Shown here in pieces: positions 27,266 to 37,499 of a DNA stretch of 64,000 nucleotides. The position numbers and the translations under genes are program-made. Source of the DNA: an uncultured Eubacteriales bacterium (GTDB lineage: Bacteria; Acidobacteriota; Aminicenantia; Aminicenantales; Saccharicenantaceae). Where the stretch lies: NCBI GenBank assembly GCA_964422165.1, contig CAYQZX010000029.1, forward strand, positions 24,165 through 88,164, written 5' to 3'. Every line of letters begins with the position of its first letter. Within the stretch, counting starts at the first letter, position 1. The notes beneath the pieces are model-generated. The model searched no databases and was not told where the DNA came from. It was given only the letters and a program-made list of their open reading frames with translations.

Positions 27266-30200
27266 ATGAGCGGGGAAAAAATATTACCAAGGGATAACGA
27301 GATAAAATTTCCGGAATTTATAATCTTAAAAGCTTCGGCCGGAACCGGCAAAACCCATAACCTGACGCTCCGGTTTACTCAGTTCCTGCTTTCAGAAAAA
27401 ATAGCTCACAACGACACCAGAGAAATACTGGCTATAACCTTTACCCGTAATGCCGCCAAAGAGATGAAAAACCGGATCTTCGAATGGTTAAAGCATTGTT
27501 ATTTTCAGAAAAAAGAAAAAATCGCTGACCTCCTGGAACTTCTTTCGCTTTCTGATGAAGAGCTGAAACCAAGAGCTGAAACCGTTCTGGAAAAAATCCT
27601 AACCGATTACGCCGACTTCCAGGTTTCAACCATCGACAGCTTTATGACTGAAGTCTTTAAGGCTTCAGCTATAGATTTAGGTCTGAGCCCTGACTTTGAA
27701 ATATCTCTGGATTCCGGTCCGGTTATTGCTTATAGCTTTTTCAAGTTGATGAGAAAAGTAAGGCCTGACTCCTCTGAAGGTCAGCTGATGCTCGATATCG
27801 CCAGTGACCTAAAAAGACTCCGTGATGACCAGAGCAGATTTTTCTGGGATCCAACTGAGGAAATAAGAGAAAAGTTTACAGAACTTTTTCACCGGCTGGA
27901 ATTCTCCAACCGCCAGCCTCTGATTAAGACTCCGGAAGAGAAAGATAAAGAACTGAAAAAGGCCGAAAGCGACTTCAGAAAAGCCCTGAAAGACCTGAAA
28001 AAGGCCATCACAGATTCAGGCCTAGAGCTAAATCAGAATTCATCCTACTACAAAAGACAGCATCTGGAAGATGCCAGCCGCTGGCTTGACTGTTCTTTTG
28101 GCAATCTGCCGGTTAAAAAGCCTAAAAAAGATAATAACCGGGGCTATCTAAAGGTGACCAGGAGATGGCAGGAACTGGCAGAAAAGCTGAACAACTATCG
28201 GGAGGTATATGCCCGTAATTATTTTCAACCTTATCTCCAGATTTACCAGCAGCTATCGGAACTGGTTGAAGAAACTAAAAGAGAGAGAGCTTTGGTTTTA
28301 CTGGAGGACGTACATCGACGTTTAGCCAGCTTTCTGGAAGAAGAGGTAGTTCCTGATGTCTATTTCTCGCTCGGTACCAGAATATATCATTACTTGATTG
28401 ATGAGTTTCAGGATACCTCTCCCCTACAGTGGAAAAACCTGGAGCCACTAATCCTGAACGCTCTGTCCCAGGGGGGCAGTCTGTTCATTGTCGGTGATAC
28501 CAAACAGGCCATCTACGGTTTCCGGGAAGCTGATTACCGCATCATGGTAGACCTGGAAAAAGGGAAAATAAACTTCCCCCCGGTTCAGGCCACGGTAAAA
28601 AGCCTTAAAATCAACCGCCGCAGCCAGGAAGAAATTCTGGATTTTGTCCGCAAAATCTTTCCCGAAGGTATTAAAAATCTGAACGACGAAAAGAACCAGG
28701 CTCTGAAGGAAGCCGCCCGGCAGAGCGGCCTGGATGATTATGAAATGGTGCCCCTGAAAAATCTCTGCAGGCAAGAAAGTGAGCTGGGTTATGTGGAAGT
28801 AGAAATCATCGAGCCTGATAATTTTCTATCAACCGAACAGCAAAATTCCGAAGAGCCAGCAACCGAAGAAGAGCCAGAGGCAACTGACCAGGAAACCAGA
28901 GTGAAGGAAAGAATCCAGAGTCTGGTCCTGGAGTTAATAGAACGTGGCTACCATTATGCCGATATCGGGCTGCTGACCTACCGTAATGAGACGGTGGCAG
29001 AAATAGCCGCCTGGCTGAATGAAAAGAACATACCTTTTGTCCCTTTTTCAGCTCTGGACATTCGGAAAAGGCCGGTAGTCAGGGAAATCCTATCGTTTCT
29101 TCAGTTTCTCGACTTTCCTCTCGATGACCTGAATCTGGCTGTTTTCATTACCGGACAAATTTTTGAGCGGCGATTGAAAGCTGAGAGCACAAATATTACC
29201 AGAGAACTTATCCATCTTTTTCTTCAGAAAAGGACTTTTCTTTCAGGTCAGAGGCTGACCCCCCTTTATCTCGATTTCAAGGAGAATTATCCACAGCTCT
29301 GGGAAATCTACTTCGAGCAATTTTTCCGAACCGTCGGCTTCTTACCACTCTACGAGCTGGTCAGTCAGATCTTTCAGACCTTCAAGCTGTTCGAGCTTTT
29401 CCCGGAAGAACAGGCTGCTCTGATAAAACTTCTCGAAGTGATAAAAGATTTTGAAGGCCAGGGCCAGAACAACCTGAGAGACTTTCTGAGCTATTCTGGA
29501 CAACCCGAAGATGACCAGGGAATCTGGACTGTGGATGTTCCCCTGGAACACGAGGCCGTTAAGATAATGACAATTCATAAAGCCAAAGGACTGGGATTCC
29601 CGGTAGTCATTCTGATTCTTAAAAACCAGCCTTTTATTCCACCACTTTTTTACCTTGAGGAAAAAAGCAACAATCTGGTGGAAATCCTGAAACTTGATAA
29701 AAAGCTGATTGAAGCCAGACCCGGACTAAAAAAGGTCTATGATGACTTCCGGATTGGAGATGACGTTAACCGCTTGAATTCTCTATATGTAGCTCTGACC
29801 AGAGCCAGAGAGGAGCTTTATGTCATAGGAATACGCAGTAAAAATGTTGATTTTCCCTTCAACCTGCTTAAATCGTTCAACCTCTCCGACTACAGGTCAG
29901 CCAAGAAAAAACCCTGGCGTCAGCCAAAAGTGCCAAGACCTCCCGCCCCGACTTTAGAGATAAGGACCATCAAGAGCCTGATACCAGAAACTGCAGGGGT
30001 CGATTTCAGAACTAAGGAAAAGAAGCTGGGTCTACTTCTTCACTCTCTTCTGGCAGAAATAGAATTCCTTGAGGAAGAAGCAGAGAAATTGCTGCTCAGG
30101 CTAATCAAGAAATCCACCTACCAGATTTATCCCCGGGAAGAGCTGGACAAGGCCGTAGAAACCTTAATCCGCTGTTTCCATAATCCTGAATTAGCTTCAT

Positions 30201-30475
30201 TTTTCAAAAGGTCTTCTGGCCGGTCAGTCTTCCGAGAACTGGAACTGGTGGCTTCCAACGGCTATCTCTACCGATTAGACCGGCTGATTGTGGACCGGGA
30301 AGATATTAAAGTCCTGGACTTCAAGACTGCCCGACCGGAAAACCCGGCCCTCCATCTGACCTATGTCAATCAGATTAAAAATTATGCTGAAATTTTAAGA
30401 GATATTTTCCCAGACCGACCAGTTTCCTGCTGGCTGCTCTACCTCGAAAACTCCGAACTGGAGAAAGTATTATGA
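27266..30475 (+). CDS. addA: AddA-like UvrD/Rep-family helicase with C-terminal PD-(D/E)XK nuclease
   Basis: Walker A ASAGTGKTH, motif II IDEFQDTS, VGDTKQAIYGFREAD, MTIHKAKGLGFP and LYVALTRAREEL are present. The C-terminal nuclease has RLDRLIV..VLDFKT and QIKNYAEIL. A 4-nt ATGA overlap links it to the next gene. Confidence 0.85.
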   Translation: MSGEKILPRDNEIKFPEFIILKASAGTGKTHNLTLRFTQFLLSEKIAHNDTREILAITFTRNAAKEMKNRIFEWLKHCYFQKKEKIADLLELLSLSDEELKPRAETVLEKILTDYADFQVSTIDSFMTEVFKASAIDLGLSPDFEISLDSGPVIAYSFFKLMRKVRPDSSEGQLMLDIASDLKRLRDDQSRFFWDPTEEIREKFTELFHRLEFSNRQPLIKTPEEKDKELKKAESDFRKALKDLKKAITDSGLELNQNSSYYKRQHLEDASRWLDCSFGNLPVKKPKKDNNRGYLKVTRRWQELAEKLNNYREVYARNYFQPYLQIYQQLSELVEETKRERALVLLEDVHRRLASFLEEEVVPDVYFSLGTRIYHYLIDEFQDTSPLQWKNLEPLILNALSQGGSLFIVGDTKQAIYGFREADYRIMVDLEKGKINFPPVQATVKSLKINRRSQEEILDFVRKIFPEGIKNLNDEKNQALKEAARQSGLDDYEMVPLKNLCRQESELGYVEVEIIEPDNFLSTEQQNSEEPATEEEPEATDQETRVKERIQSLVLELIERGYHYADIGLLTYRNETVAEIAAWLNEKNIPFVPFSALDIRKRPVVREILSFLQFLDFPLDDLNLAVFITGQIFERRLKAESTNITRELIHLFLQKRTFLSGQRLTPLYLDFKENYPQLWEIYFEQFFRTVGFLPLYELVSQIFQTFKLFELFPEEQAALIKLLEVIKDFEGQGQNNLRDFLSYSGQPEDDQGIWTVDVPLEHEAVKIMTIHKAKGLGFPVVILILKNQPFIPPLFYLEEKSNNLVEILKLDKKLIEARPGLKKVYDDFRIGDDVNRLNSLYVALTRAREELYVIGIRSKNVDFPFNLLKSFNLSDYRSAKKKPWRQPKVPRPPAPTLEIRTIKSLIPETAGVDFRTKEKKLGLLLHSLLAEIEFLEEEAEKLLLRLIKKSTYQIYPREELDKAVETLIRCFHNPELASFFKRSSGRSVFRELELVASNGYLYRLDRLIVDREDIKVLDFKTARPENPALHLTYVNQIKNYAEILRDIFPDRPVSCWLLYLENSELEKVL

Positions 30476-33429
30476 AGCTTTTTTCAATTTCTCCTGGAGT
30501 TGACCTGGCTGAATACCTGGCTGATTATCTGCTTAACTCAGGCCGCCCGCTGACCTCCTTCTGGATAGTTTTTCCTGAAAGCAGGCCGGCCCATTATCTG
30601 AGGAAAGCTCTGGCTGCCAGACTTAAAAAAGGTTTTCTGCCTCCCAAACTCAGTTCCCTGGATGAATTTGTGGACCTGATTTATGCTGAATTTCTTAAGC
30701 TGGATTATCCTCTGATTGACCCGATTGAGGCCGTCGCTTTTCTTTACAGAATCCAGACCGAACATCCGGCCAGCAGCTTCTGCGGTCGCGAGCAAAACCA
30801 TTCCTTCACCACCCTTGATGAGTTCTTCCCCTTGGGAATGAAAATTTTTAACGACCTTGAAGAATTAAAGTCAGGACTTGTTACCAGAGACCAGTTTTTA
30901 ATGATCGATAATCTGGTCCCGGAAAAAATTCCGCCCCAAGCCAGAAGCCGATTTCAAAAGCTTTCCTTTTTTTACCAAGAATTCTACACCCGTCTGGAAA
31001 AAGAGGGCTTTTCCACCAGAGCCAGCCGGCTGATAACCATTCTCAACAATTTTAGCCCGGAAGCCTTAGGCTCCGCTGAAGAGCTTCTGCTGGTTGGTTT
31101 TTTCTCCCTTTCCCGGGCAGAAACCGCGCTGATGAAAAAACTCCTGGAATCGGAAAGAACCTCCCTCTGGGTGTTCGAAAGCGAGGAGCTCGAAACGTTT
31201 ATAGCCGAGCTCGGGTTGAAAGAGGCAGAAACCCAAAAAGTAGAAAGCCCCCACAGACCGCAGGCTAAGATTGAATTTCACCAGAGCCCGGACAGTCATG
31301 GCCAGTTGTTCTCATTGAGAAATCTTCTGTCGGAAGGAATAGAAAGCCCGGGTCGATTAAGCGAAAAACAGGTTATTGTTTTGCCAGCGGCTGAAACCCT
31401 GATTCCCCTTTACGAGCAAGTTCTTTCGGCTCTTCCGCCAGATTCTTTTAATATTTCCCTTGGCTATCCGGTGGCCAGAACGCCAGTTTTTAGCTTTTTC
31501 AGCAATCTATTCAACCTAGTCCAGACGGTAGATGAAGAAAATAGAATTTATGCACCTGAATACCTCAATTTTGTTCTCCATCCCTATACCAAAAACATCT
31601 ATTTTCCTACACAGCCCAGAAGAGCTGACCTGACCAGAATTCTCTTCCATACTCTGGAAAACATTCTCACCAAGAAAAAGGGAAAGTTATTCTGGTCACT
31701 TGAGGAGATAGAAGCGGAACCAGAATTGGAGAAGCGGCTGGCGCTCTATTCAGCCGAAAACCCTGAAGACCCTGAAGTAGAAGAATTCATCAAACATCTG
31801 AAGACCATTCACCACCAGACTATAAGACCTTTCCTGAAAATTCAAAACATCAGAGACTTTGCTGCCAAATGCCAGAACCTGCTTCAATTCATAGCCAACC
31901 AGAGCACCGCCAACCTCCATCTTTTCTTTCAGCCTTATGCTGAGGTCTTCTTAAATAAGTTTGAAAGGCTCAAAAATTCGCTGATTGCCGGGCTGAAGTT
32001 CAGTCAAAAACACAGCTATTTTAATCTCTTTAGAAAGCTCTTTTCCGAAGTCAGAGTTCCTTTTCCAGGAACTCCCCTCCATGGTCTTCAGGTACTGGGC
32101 TTCTGGGAAACCAGAGGTTTGAAGTTTGATGAAGTTTACCTTCTAGACATGAATGAAGAGATAATTCCGGCTACCGGTCGGGTAGATTCGCTACTGCCCT
32201 TAGAACTCCGGCGGGCTTTAAAACTGCCCACCCATCAGGACCAGGAAAAAAAGATTGAATACTACCTCCGGACGCTCCTGAACGGAGCCAGAATAATTCA
32301 CCTTTTCTTTGTAGAAAACAGCCAGAAAGAAAAAAGCCGTTACGTTGAAAAACTCCTCTGGGAAAAACAAAAAGTTGAAGGCTTAACCGAACCTGAAGCA
32401 ATCCTGCATAAGATAAGCTACCAAATCTGTCTCAAAAACCCTGAACCGGTTGAAATACCCAAAAGCCCGGAGGTTCTTGAATACCTCAGTCACCTGAAAT
32501 ACACCGCCTCTAATCTGGATTCCTACCTGAAATGCCCGCTTAAATTTTATTATTCAGCGGTGCTCAAACTCAAAGAAAAAGAAGAGATGGCCGAAACGAT
32601 GGAAAAAACTGAAATTGGGACTCTGGTCCACAGCCTGCTGAAGTACTATTTTGAACCATTCAAAGGAAAAAATATCCCGGCTAACCCAGACTTAAAACTT
32701 CTGGAGAAAATAGTGGAGACTGAGTTCGGCCGCCTGTTTTCTCAACCGCTGACCGGTAGTTTCTTTCTTATGAGACATCAGGTTCAGAACCACCTGGTGG
32801 AGTTTCTCCAGAACTATCAGCAAAAACTCGTGGAAAAACTTGGTTCCTGGGCTCCCAGGCTTCTGGACCTGGAGGCAAAAATCGAACTCCAGTACCAGGT
32901 AGACGGCCGGACTTTCAACCTGGCCGGACAACTGGACCGGATTGAAGAGCGACACTCTTATCTCTGTCTGCTCGATTATAAGACTTCAGCCAGCGAAAAA
33001 TCCTACGCCATTGACTTCAAAAAGCTTAAACTGGATGACAGAACTACCTGGCCCGAAGCCGTCTCCAGTCTGCAAACCTCGTTCTATCAAATACTACTCG
33101 GTTTTAAATCTGGAAGACCACCTGAGGAAATCTATTCGGCTGTACTGCTACTCGGAAGAAACAGAATTGATGAGAAAATTGAGTATTGCCCCCTCTTCCC
33201 AAAACGGGACTGGAGAAAGAAAGAAGGGGAAAAAAGAGAATCTGAAGTTTTTCCCTTAAACCACAGCGAAGAAGACGAAATGGCAAGGCGGGAAAACTTC
33301 CAGCTCGTAAAAAAACTGCTGGACCTGCTATTGCTGGAGATTGTCAACCCGGAGATCCCCTTTACCTCCCAGCTGGCAGCTGAAGCGAGCTGTCGCCGTT
33401 GTCCGTATGTTAATTTCTGCGGGAGTTAA
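30472..33429 (+). CDS. addB: AddB-like PD-(D/E)XK nuclease subunit with Fe-S cluster cysteines and degenerate ATPase N-domain
   Basis: No GxGKT is present near the N-terminus. The C-terminal nuclease has GTLVHSLL, GQLDRIEE..LLDYKT and QTSFYQILL. Cysteines CPLKFYY ... CRRCPYVNFC match the AddB 4Fe-4S staple pattern. Confidence 0.8.
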   Translation: MKLFSISPGVDLAEYLADYLLNSGRPLTSFWIVFPESRPAHYLRKALAARLKKGFLPPKLSSLDEFVDLIYAEFLKLDYPLIDPIEAVAFLYRIQTEHPASSFCGREQNHSFTTLDEFFPLGMKIFNDLEELKSGLVTRDQFLMIDNLVPEKIPPQARSRFQKLSFFYQEFYTRLEKEGFSTRASRLITILNNFSPEALGSAEELLLVGFFSLSRAETALMKKLLESERTSLWVFESEELETFIAELGLKEAETQKVESPHRPQAKIEFHQSPDSHGQLFSLRNLLSEGIESPGRLSEKQVIVLPAAETLIPLYEQVLSALPPDSFNISLGYPVARTPVFSFFSNLFNLVQTVDEENRIYAPEYLNFVLHPYTKNIYFPTQPRRADLTRILFHTLENILTKKKGKLFWSLEEIEAEPELEKRLALYSAENPEDPEVEEFIKHLKTIHHQTIRPFLKIQNIRDFAAKCQNLLQFIANQSTANLHLFFQPYAEVFLNKFERLKNSLIAGLKFSQKHSYFNLFRKLFSEVRVPFPGTPLHGLQVLGFWETRGLKFDEVYLLDMNEEIIPATGRVDSLLPLELRRALKLPTHQDQEKKIEYYLRTLLNGARIIHLFFVENSQKEKSRYVEKLLWEKQKVEGLTEPEAILHKISYQICLKNPEPVEIPKSPEVLEYLSHLKYTASNLDSYLKCPLKFYYSAVLKLKEKEEMAETMEKTEIGTLVHSLLKYYFEPFKGKNIPANPDLKLLEKIVETEFGRLFSQPLTGSFFLMRHQVQNHLVEFLQNYQQKLVEKLGSWAPRLLDLEAKIELQYQVDGRTFNLAGQLDRIEERHSYLCLLDYKTSASEKSYAIDFKKLKLDDRTTWPEAVSSLQTSFYQILLGFKSGRPPEEIYSAVLLLGRNRIDEKIEYCPLFPKRDWRKKEGEKRESEVFPLNHSEEDEMARRENFQLVKKLLDLLLLEIVNPEIPFTSQLAAEASCRRCPYVNFCGS

Positions 33430-33501
33430 ACCGGAATGAACTTTCTTCGGTCAAATTGCGTATTTGATAGTAAAGCCATGAAAGTTAAGATGGAATAAAA
33501 A

Positions 33502-33717
33502 ATGGTAAAATTTTTACTGTGGTTGATTCTGTTTGTGCTTTGCTGGCCGCTGGCTTTACTGGCTCTCGTTCTCTATCCTCTGGTCTGGCTTTTATCTTTA
33601 CCCTTCCGACTGCTTGGTCTGACCGTTTCAGCTGTTTTCGACCTGCTAAAAGCCATTCTGACTCTGCCAGCCCGATTGCTGTCTCAGGTAGCCCGACAAA
33701 AAACGTCACTAGCTTAA
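33502..33717 (+). CDS. small hydrophobic membrane protein, hypothetical
   Basis: 71 aa with two Leu-rich TM segments. The region is A-poor, so shadow ORFs exist in other frames. The SD is weak. Confidence 0.4.
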   Translation: MVKFLLWLILFVLCWPLALLALVLYPLVWLLSLPFRLLGLTVSAVFDLLKAILTLPARLLSQVARQKTSLA

Positions 33718-33760
33718 AATCTGGCTTGACAAATCCTTCCTCTACAACTAATAAGAACAC

Positions 33761-35053
33761 ATGCAGCTCAGAATAGAAAAAATTGTCTATCCCGGAAAAT
33801 CTCTGAGCAGAACTTCAGGCAAAGTGGTTTTCACCGATGAAGGCCTGCCCGGAGAACTGGTTGAAATAGAAATACTTAAAGATAAAAAAAATTACGCCGA
33901 AGCCAGAACCATCAGAGTAATAGAATCTTCACCCCACCGCCTGCCACCAGTCTGCAGCCATTACCTGGCCTGTTCTCCTTACCAGATTATGGACTACACA
34001 CTGGAGCTTGAGATAAAAAAACAGCAGCTCCGGGAAATTTTTACCGGCCTCAAGCCCCACTGGCAACCAGAAATTGAGCTCCTATCCTCGCCGGCAATCT
34101 TCGGCTACCGGAACAAAATCAGACTGAGTTTAAACTGGCAGGCTAACCCCCCTGCTCTGGCTTACCACGAACCAGGTTTTCAAGACACCTATCTTCCCGT
34201 TGACCGGTGCGCTCTGGTCAGTGACCGAGTCAACCATCTGATTTCCAGCCTGAATATCCTTATTCCAGGTACACCTCTTCCGGCCATCAATCACCTGGAA
34301 ATAAGAGAAAGCTTCTCACTGAAAGAAATCCTTCTGGTCCTGGAGTCAGAAGATGAAGACAGCCTGGAGCAAGCCACCCGGCTCTGGGTTCCAGCCCTCA
34401 CTTTATCGCCCGAAGTGGTCGGTGTGGTGGGAATAAGCTCTTTAGGTCGGAGGAAACAATACCTGAAACTCTACGGACTTGATTACCTGGAAGAAAAGAT
34501 CGGTGAGGTCATTTTCCGCTATGGAGCCGGGAGTTTTTTCCAGGTCAATCCGCCTCTGCTGGAAAAAGTTGTCTCCAGAATGAAGAAATATCTGCAGGCT
34601 CTGGCCCCGGTTAAACTGGTTGACCTTTATGCCGGGCTGGGAACTTTTGGCCTGCTGCTTTCCAGCTTTTCTTCAGAAATAATGGCCGTGGAATCAGACC
34701 CGAATAATCTTTATTACCTTAAAAAAAATCTCAGGCTAAACCGGCTCCAGCACCTGCGGGTGGCTGAGGGCAAAAGCGAAGACTGGCTGGAGGAAATCAT
34801 CGATTTTCAACCTGAGGTAGTGGTCATAGACCCACCTCGCCGCGGTCTGGCCGAGGAACTGGCTCTATCCTTAAAAGAAAATCCAGTAAACCTTATCTTT
34901 TATCTTTCCTGCAACCCAGCCACTCTGGCCCGGGATTTAAAAAGGCTTCTTCCAGAGTACGAACTTCTGGAAATTACAGCCTTTGATTTTTTTCCCAGGA
35001 CACCTCATATCGAAACCCTGGCGGTTCTCAGTAGAGCTGGTAAATTGGGTTAG
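33761..35053 (+). CDS. 23S rRNA (uracil-C5)-methyltransferase, RumA/RlmD family (TRAM + SAM-MTase)
   Basis: 430 aa with N-terminal TRAM-like GLPGELVEIEILKDKKNYAEA. It also has FFQVN, DLYAGLGTFGL, DPPRRG and YLSCNPATLARD. Confidence 0.85.
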   Translation: MQLRIEKIVYPGKSLSRTSGKVVFTDEGLPGELVEIEILKDKKNYAEARTIRVIESSPHRLPPVCSHYLACSPYQIMDYTLELEIKKQQLREIFTGLKPHWQPEIELLSSPAIFGYRNKIRLSLNWQANPPALAYHEPGFQDTYLPVDRCALVSDRVNHLISSLNILIPGTPLPAINHLEIRESFSLKEILLVLESEDEDSLEQATRLWVPALTLSPEVVGVVGISSLGRRKQYLKLYGLDYLEEKIGEVIFRYGAGSFFQVNPPLLEKVVSRMKKYLQALAPVKLVDLYAGLGTFGLLLSSFSSEIMAVESDPNNLYYLKKNLRLNRLQHLRVAEGKSEDWLEEIIDFQPEVVVIDPPRRGLAEELALSLKENPVNLIFYLSCNPATLARDLKRLLPEYELLEITAFDFFPRTPHIETLAVLSRAGKLG

Positions 35054-36078
35054 CGAAACTTTCCCGCCAGCTGACCGCAGGCAGCCGCAATGTCTATCCC
35101 CTTAGATTGTCTGAGGGTTACCCGAACTCCTCTTTCCTCCAGCCATTTCCTGAACTGAGCCAGCTCTTTTGAGCCGGGACGCTCGAAAGGCAGATTGGGA
35201 ACAGGACTGTAGGCAATCAGGTTAACTTTAGCCCGGAGCCTTCTGGCTATGGCCGCCAGCCCCTCAGCTTCGTACAGGCCGTCGTTAAGATTTTTTATCA
35301 GAACATACTCCAGGGTGAGCTGCCGGCCGCCCATTTTGAGATAATCTTCAGCGGCTACTAACAACTCTTCCAGCGGGTATTTTCTATTGATGGGCATCAG
35401 GGTTGACCTCTGACTGTCATAGGGGGAATGAATAGAAATTGAGAGATTAATCTGAAGGTCAAAATTTTTTAGCTCTCTTATTCCAGGAATATGTCCAGCT
35501 GTGGAGACTGTAATTCTCCTGGCTCCAAAAGCCAGACCCTGCTTATCGTTTAATATTCTTATAGCTTTGAGAACATTTTCCAGGTTATCAAGCGGTTCAC
35601 CCATGCCCATAAAAACCAGATTGGTCAGAGCCTGCCCCTGCCCGTACTTTAAAGCCAGAATCTGCCATATTATCTCACACGTGGTTAGATTCCTCTTAAA
35701 ACCGGAAAGCCCGCTGGCACAAAAGGCGCAGCGGTACTTACAACCTACCTGGGTAGAAAGACAAGCCGTCTTCCGGTCTCCGGCCGGGATTAAGACGGTT
35801 TCTATAAAATTACCGTCCTGCAGCTTAAAAAGATACTTGGTTGTCCCGTCAATTGAACTCAAAACCTGCTCAAGCTGCAAGGGGTAGATTACCCACTCTT
35901 CAGATAATCTTTTTCTGAGTTCCAGAGGCAGCTCAGTAAAGTTCATAAAATCGGTTTTACCCTTACGATATATTCCAGCAAAAACTTGCCTGGCCCGGTA
36001 GGCAGGATAGCCGGCTGACTGAAACCAGTCTTCAAGCTCTTTTAAGCTTAAAGAAAGGACACAGTGTCTGCTGTTCAT
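35050..36078 (-). CDS. rlmN: 23S rRNA/tRNA (adenine-C2)-methyltransferase RlmN (radical SAM)
   Basis: 342 aa with YRARQVF, the CKYRCAFCASG radical-SAM motif, GMGEPLDN and a C-terminal AACGQL. Its stop overlaps the convergent RumA-like stop by 4 nt. Confidence 0.92.
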   Translation of the reverse strand: MNSRHCVLSLSLKELEDWFQSAGYPAYRARQVFAGIYRKGKTDFMNFTELPLELRKRLSEEWVIYPLQLEQVLSSIDGTTKYLFKLQDGNFIETVLIPAGDRKTACLSTQVGCKYRCAFCASGLSGFKRNLTTCEIIWQILALKYGQGQALTNLVFMGMGEPLDNLENVLKAIRILNDKQGLAFGARRITVSTAGHIPGIRELKNFDLQINLSISIHSPYDSQRSTLMPINRKYPLEELLVAAEDYLKMGGRQLTLEYVLIKNLNDGLYEAEGLAAIARRLRAKVNLIAYSPVPNLPFERPGSKELAQFRKWLEERGVRVTLRQSKGIDIAAACGQLAGKFR

Positions 36079-36245
36079 TCTTCCTCTATCTTCTTTCCCA
36101 GAGCAATAATATCATATCGCAAAAATATTATATCACCGAGGCAATTTTGGCAGTTTGAACTGAAAAAACAAAAAATTCTTCAGGGCTAAAACAAACAGAA
36201 GAGATTCGCCGCCCCTGGAAGATAACCCCATCCTTAAAAAAACGC

Positions 36246-37499
36246 TTATTTCCCTTCGAATTTTTTTAATAGCTCAGCCACTGCTTCTTTATGAACCATG
36301 AAGGTCAGCATCTTAAGCCGGACAAAATCATCCCGGTAGAAAAGATAACCTTTATACGGACCTCGGTGAGCACTTCCGCCAGAGTCTTTTATCAGAAACC
36401 AGGTCTGCTTTCCTCGTTCAGCATAGCCCACAGCATGAATGGCGTGGTCGTCAGTGGAAGTTTTATTGTAGAACCTGAATTCCCGGCTGTCCTGGTCAAT
36501 CAGTGGGGACAGCAGGTCAAAAGAAGGGACGATGGCCAGCCCGGCTTCACCGCTCAGGCCCGGTTCGGAAACATCTCCGCCGAGAGCCACGGAATAACCT
36601 TTCTTCAGGGCATTTAATATGGCCTGATAAAATTCATTTAGTGGAACATTATAATAATCCTCACTGTGCCACCAGTTATCAGGAGCCCGGTATTCTCCCT
36701 TAGTATAGAAAGGAATATACTTAAAAGATATGAAACAAACATAATCGTCAAGCGGAAGTTGAAGAACTTTTTCCAGATATTCTTTCGGAGTTATTTTCTG
36801 ACCGTTGACCTCGACCCTGTCCGGTGGTTCTCCCAGGTGTTTATTCAAAATTATCCTGACGTAAGAGAGGGCTTTTTCTTCATCCCAGTATCCATTTTGC
36901 CGGCAGAAGTCCAGGTAGTTCTTAATCTCAGAGAAGAGAGCGGAATGGTCATGCTCGGTCTTACCTGGTAGCAGCCCTGAGTAAGCACTGGCCGGGACCG
37001 CGCCGTACTGTTTCATTCTTAAAATTACGGCGTTGGGTTCTGAACCTTCGCCCAGAAAAGAATTTCCCCTTTCTCTTATAAAGCGCCGGGCTTTCTCCAC
37101 ATATTCCCAGTAGACAGTGTACATTTCAGAGAGCTTGAACTCACCACGTCCCAGCCTTTTTAGCTCAGCTTCCAGAAAGGAAGTGGTGGCGAAACTCCAA
37201 CAGGTTCCGGTCCTGCCCTGTCTTATTGGTGGAAAATGAAAAACCTGTTGAAATTCTGAGACCGAACTCGGGTGCTCTACGGTTGAAAAATCCAGGGTCA
37301 GATACTCTACTTTCCGATTGTTCAACTCTCTGGTTTTGTAGAACGCTTCATTTTTTGGAAAGAGTTCGCCTGAATTCAGCTGGATGACTACAGGGCCGGA
37401 TTCAGCTGTTTCTGGTTTTTCACTTTTACAGGCTGTGGTTGAGACAAGAGCCACTACCAGCAAAAGAAAAACCAGCTTCCCTGATAATGTGATTTTCAT
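36246..37499 (-). CDS. C1-family (papain/aminopeptidase C-like) cysteine peptidase, probable lipoprotein
   Basis: Lipobox LVSTTAC, catalytic region RQGRTGTCWSFATTSFLE and His region DDHAIHAVGYA are present. IKDSGG stands where papain has IKNSWG. Confidence 0.8.
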   Translation of the reverse strand: MKITLSGKLVFLLLVVALVSTTACKSEKPETAESGPVVIQLNSGELFPKNEAFYKTRELNNRKVEYLTLDFSTVEHPSSVSEFQQVFHFPPIRQGRTGTCWSFATTSFLEAELKRLGRGEFKLSEMYTVYWEYVEKARRFIRERGNSFLGEGSEPNAVILRMKQYGAVPASAYSGLLPGKTEHDHSALFSEIKNYLDFCRQNGYWDEEKALSYVRIILNKHLGEPPDRVEVNGQKITPKEYLEKVLQLPLDDYVCFISFKYIPFYTKGEYRAPDNWWHSEDYYNVPLNEFYQAILNALKKGYSVALGGDVSEPGLSGEAGLAIVPSFDLLSPLIDQDSREFRFYNKTSTDDHAIHAVGYAERGKQTWFLIKDSGGSAHRGPYKGYLFYRDDFVRLKMLTFMVHKEAVAELLKKFEGK

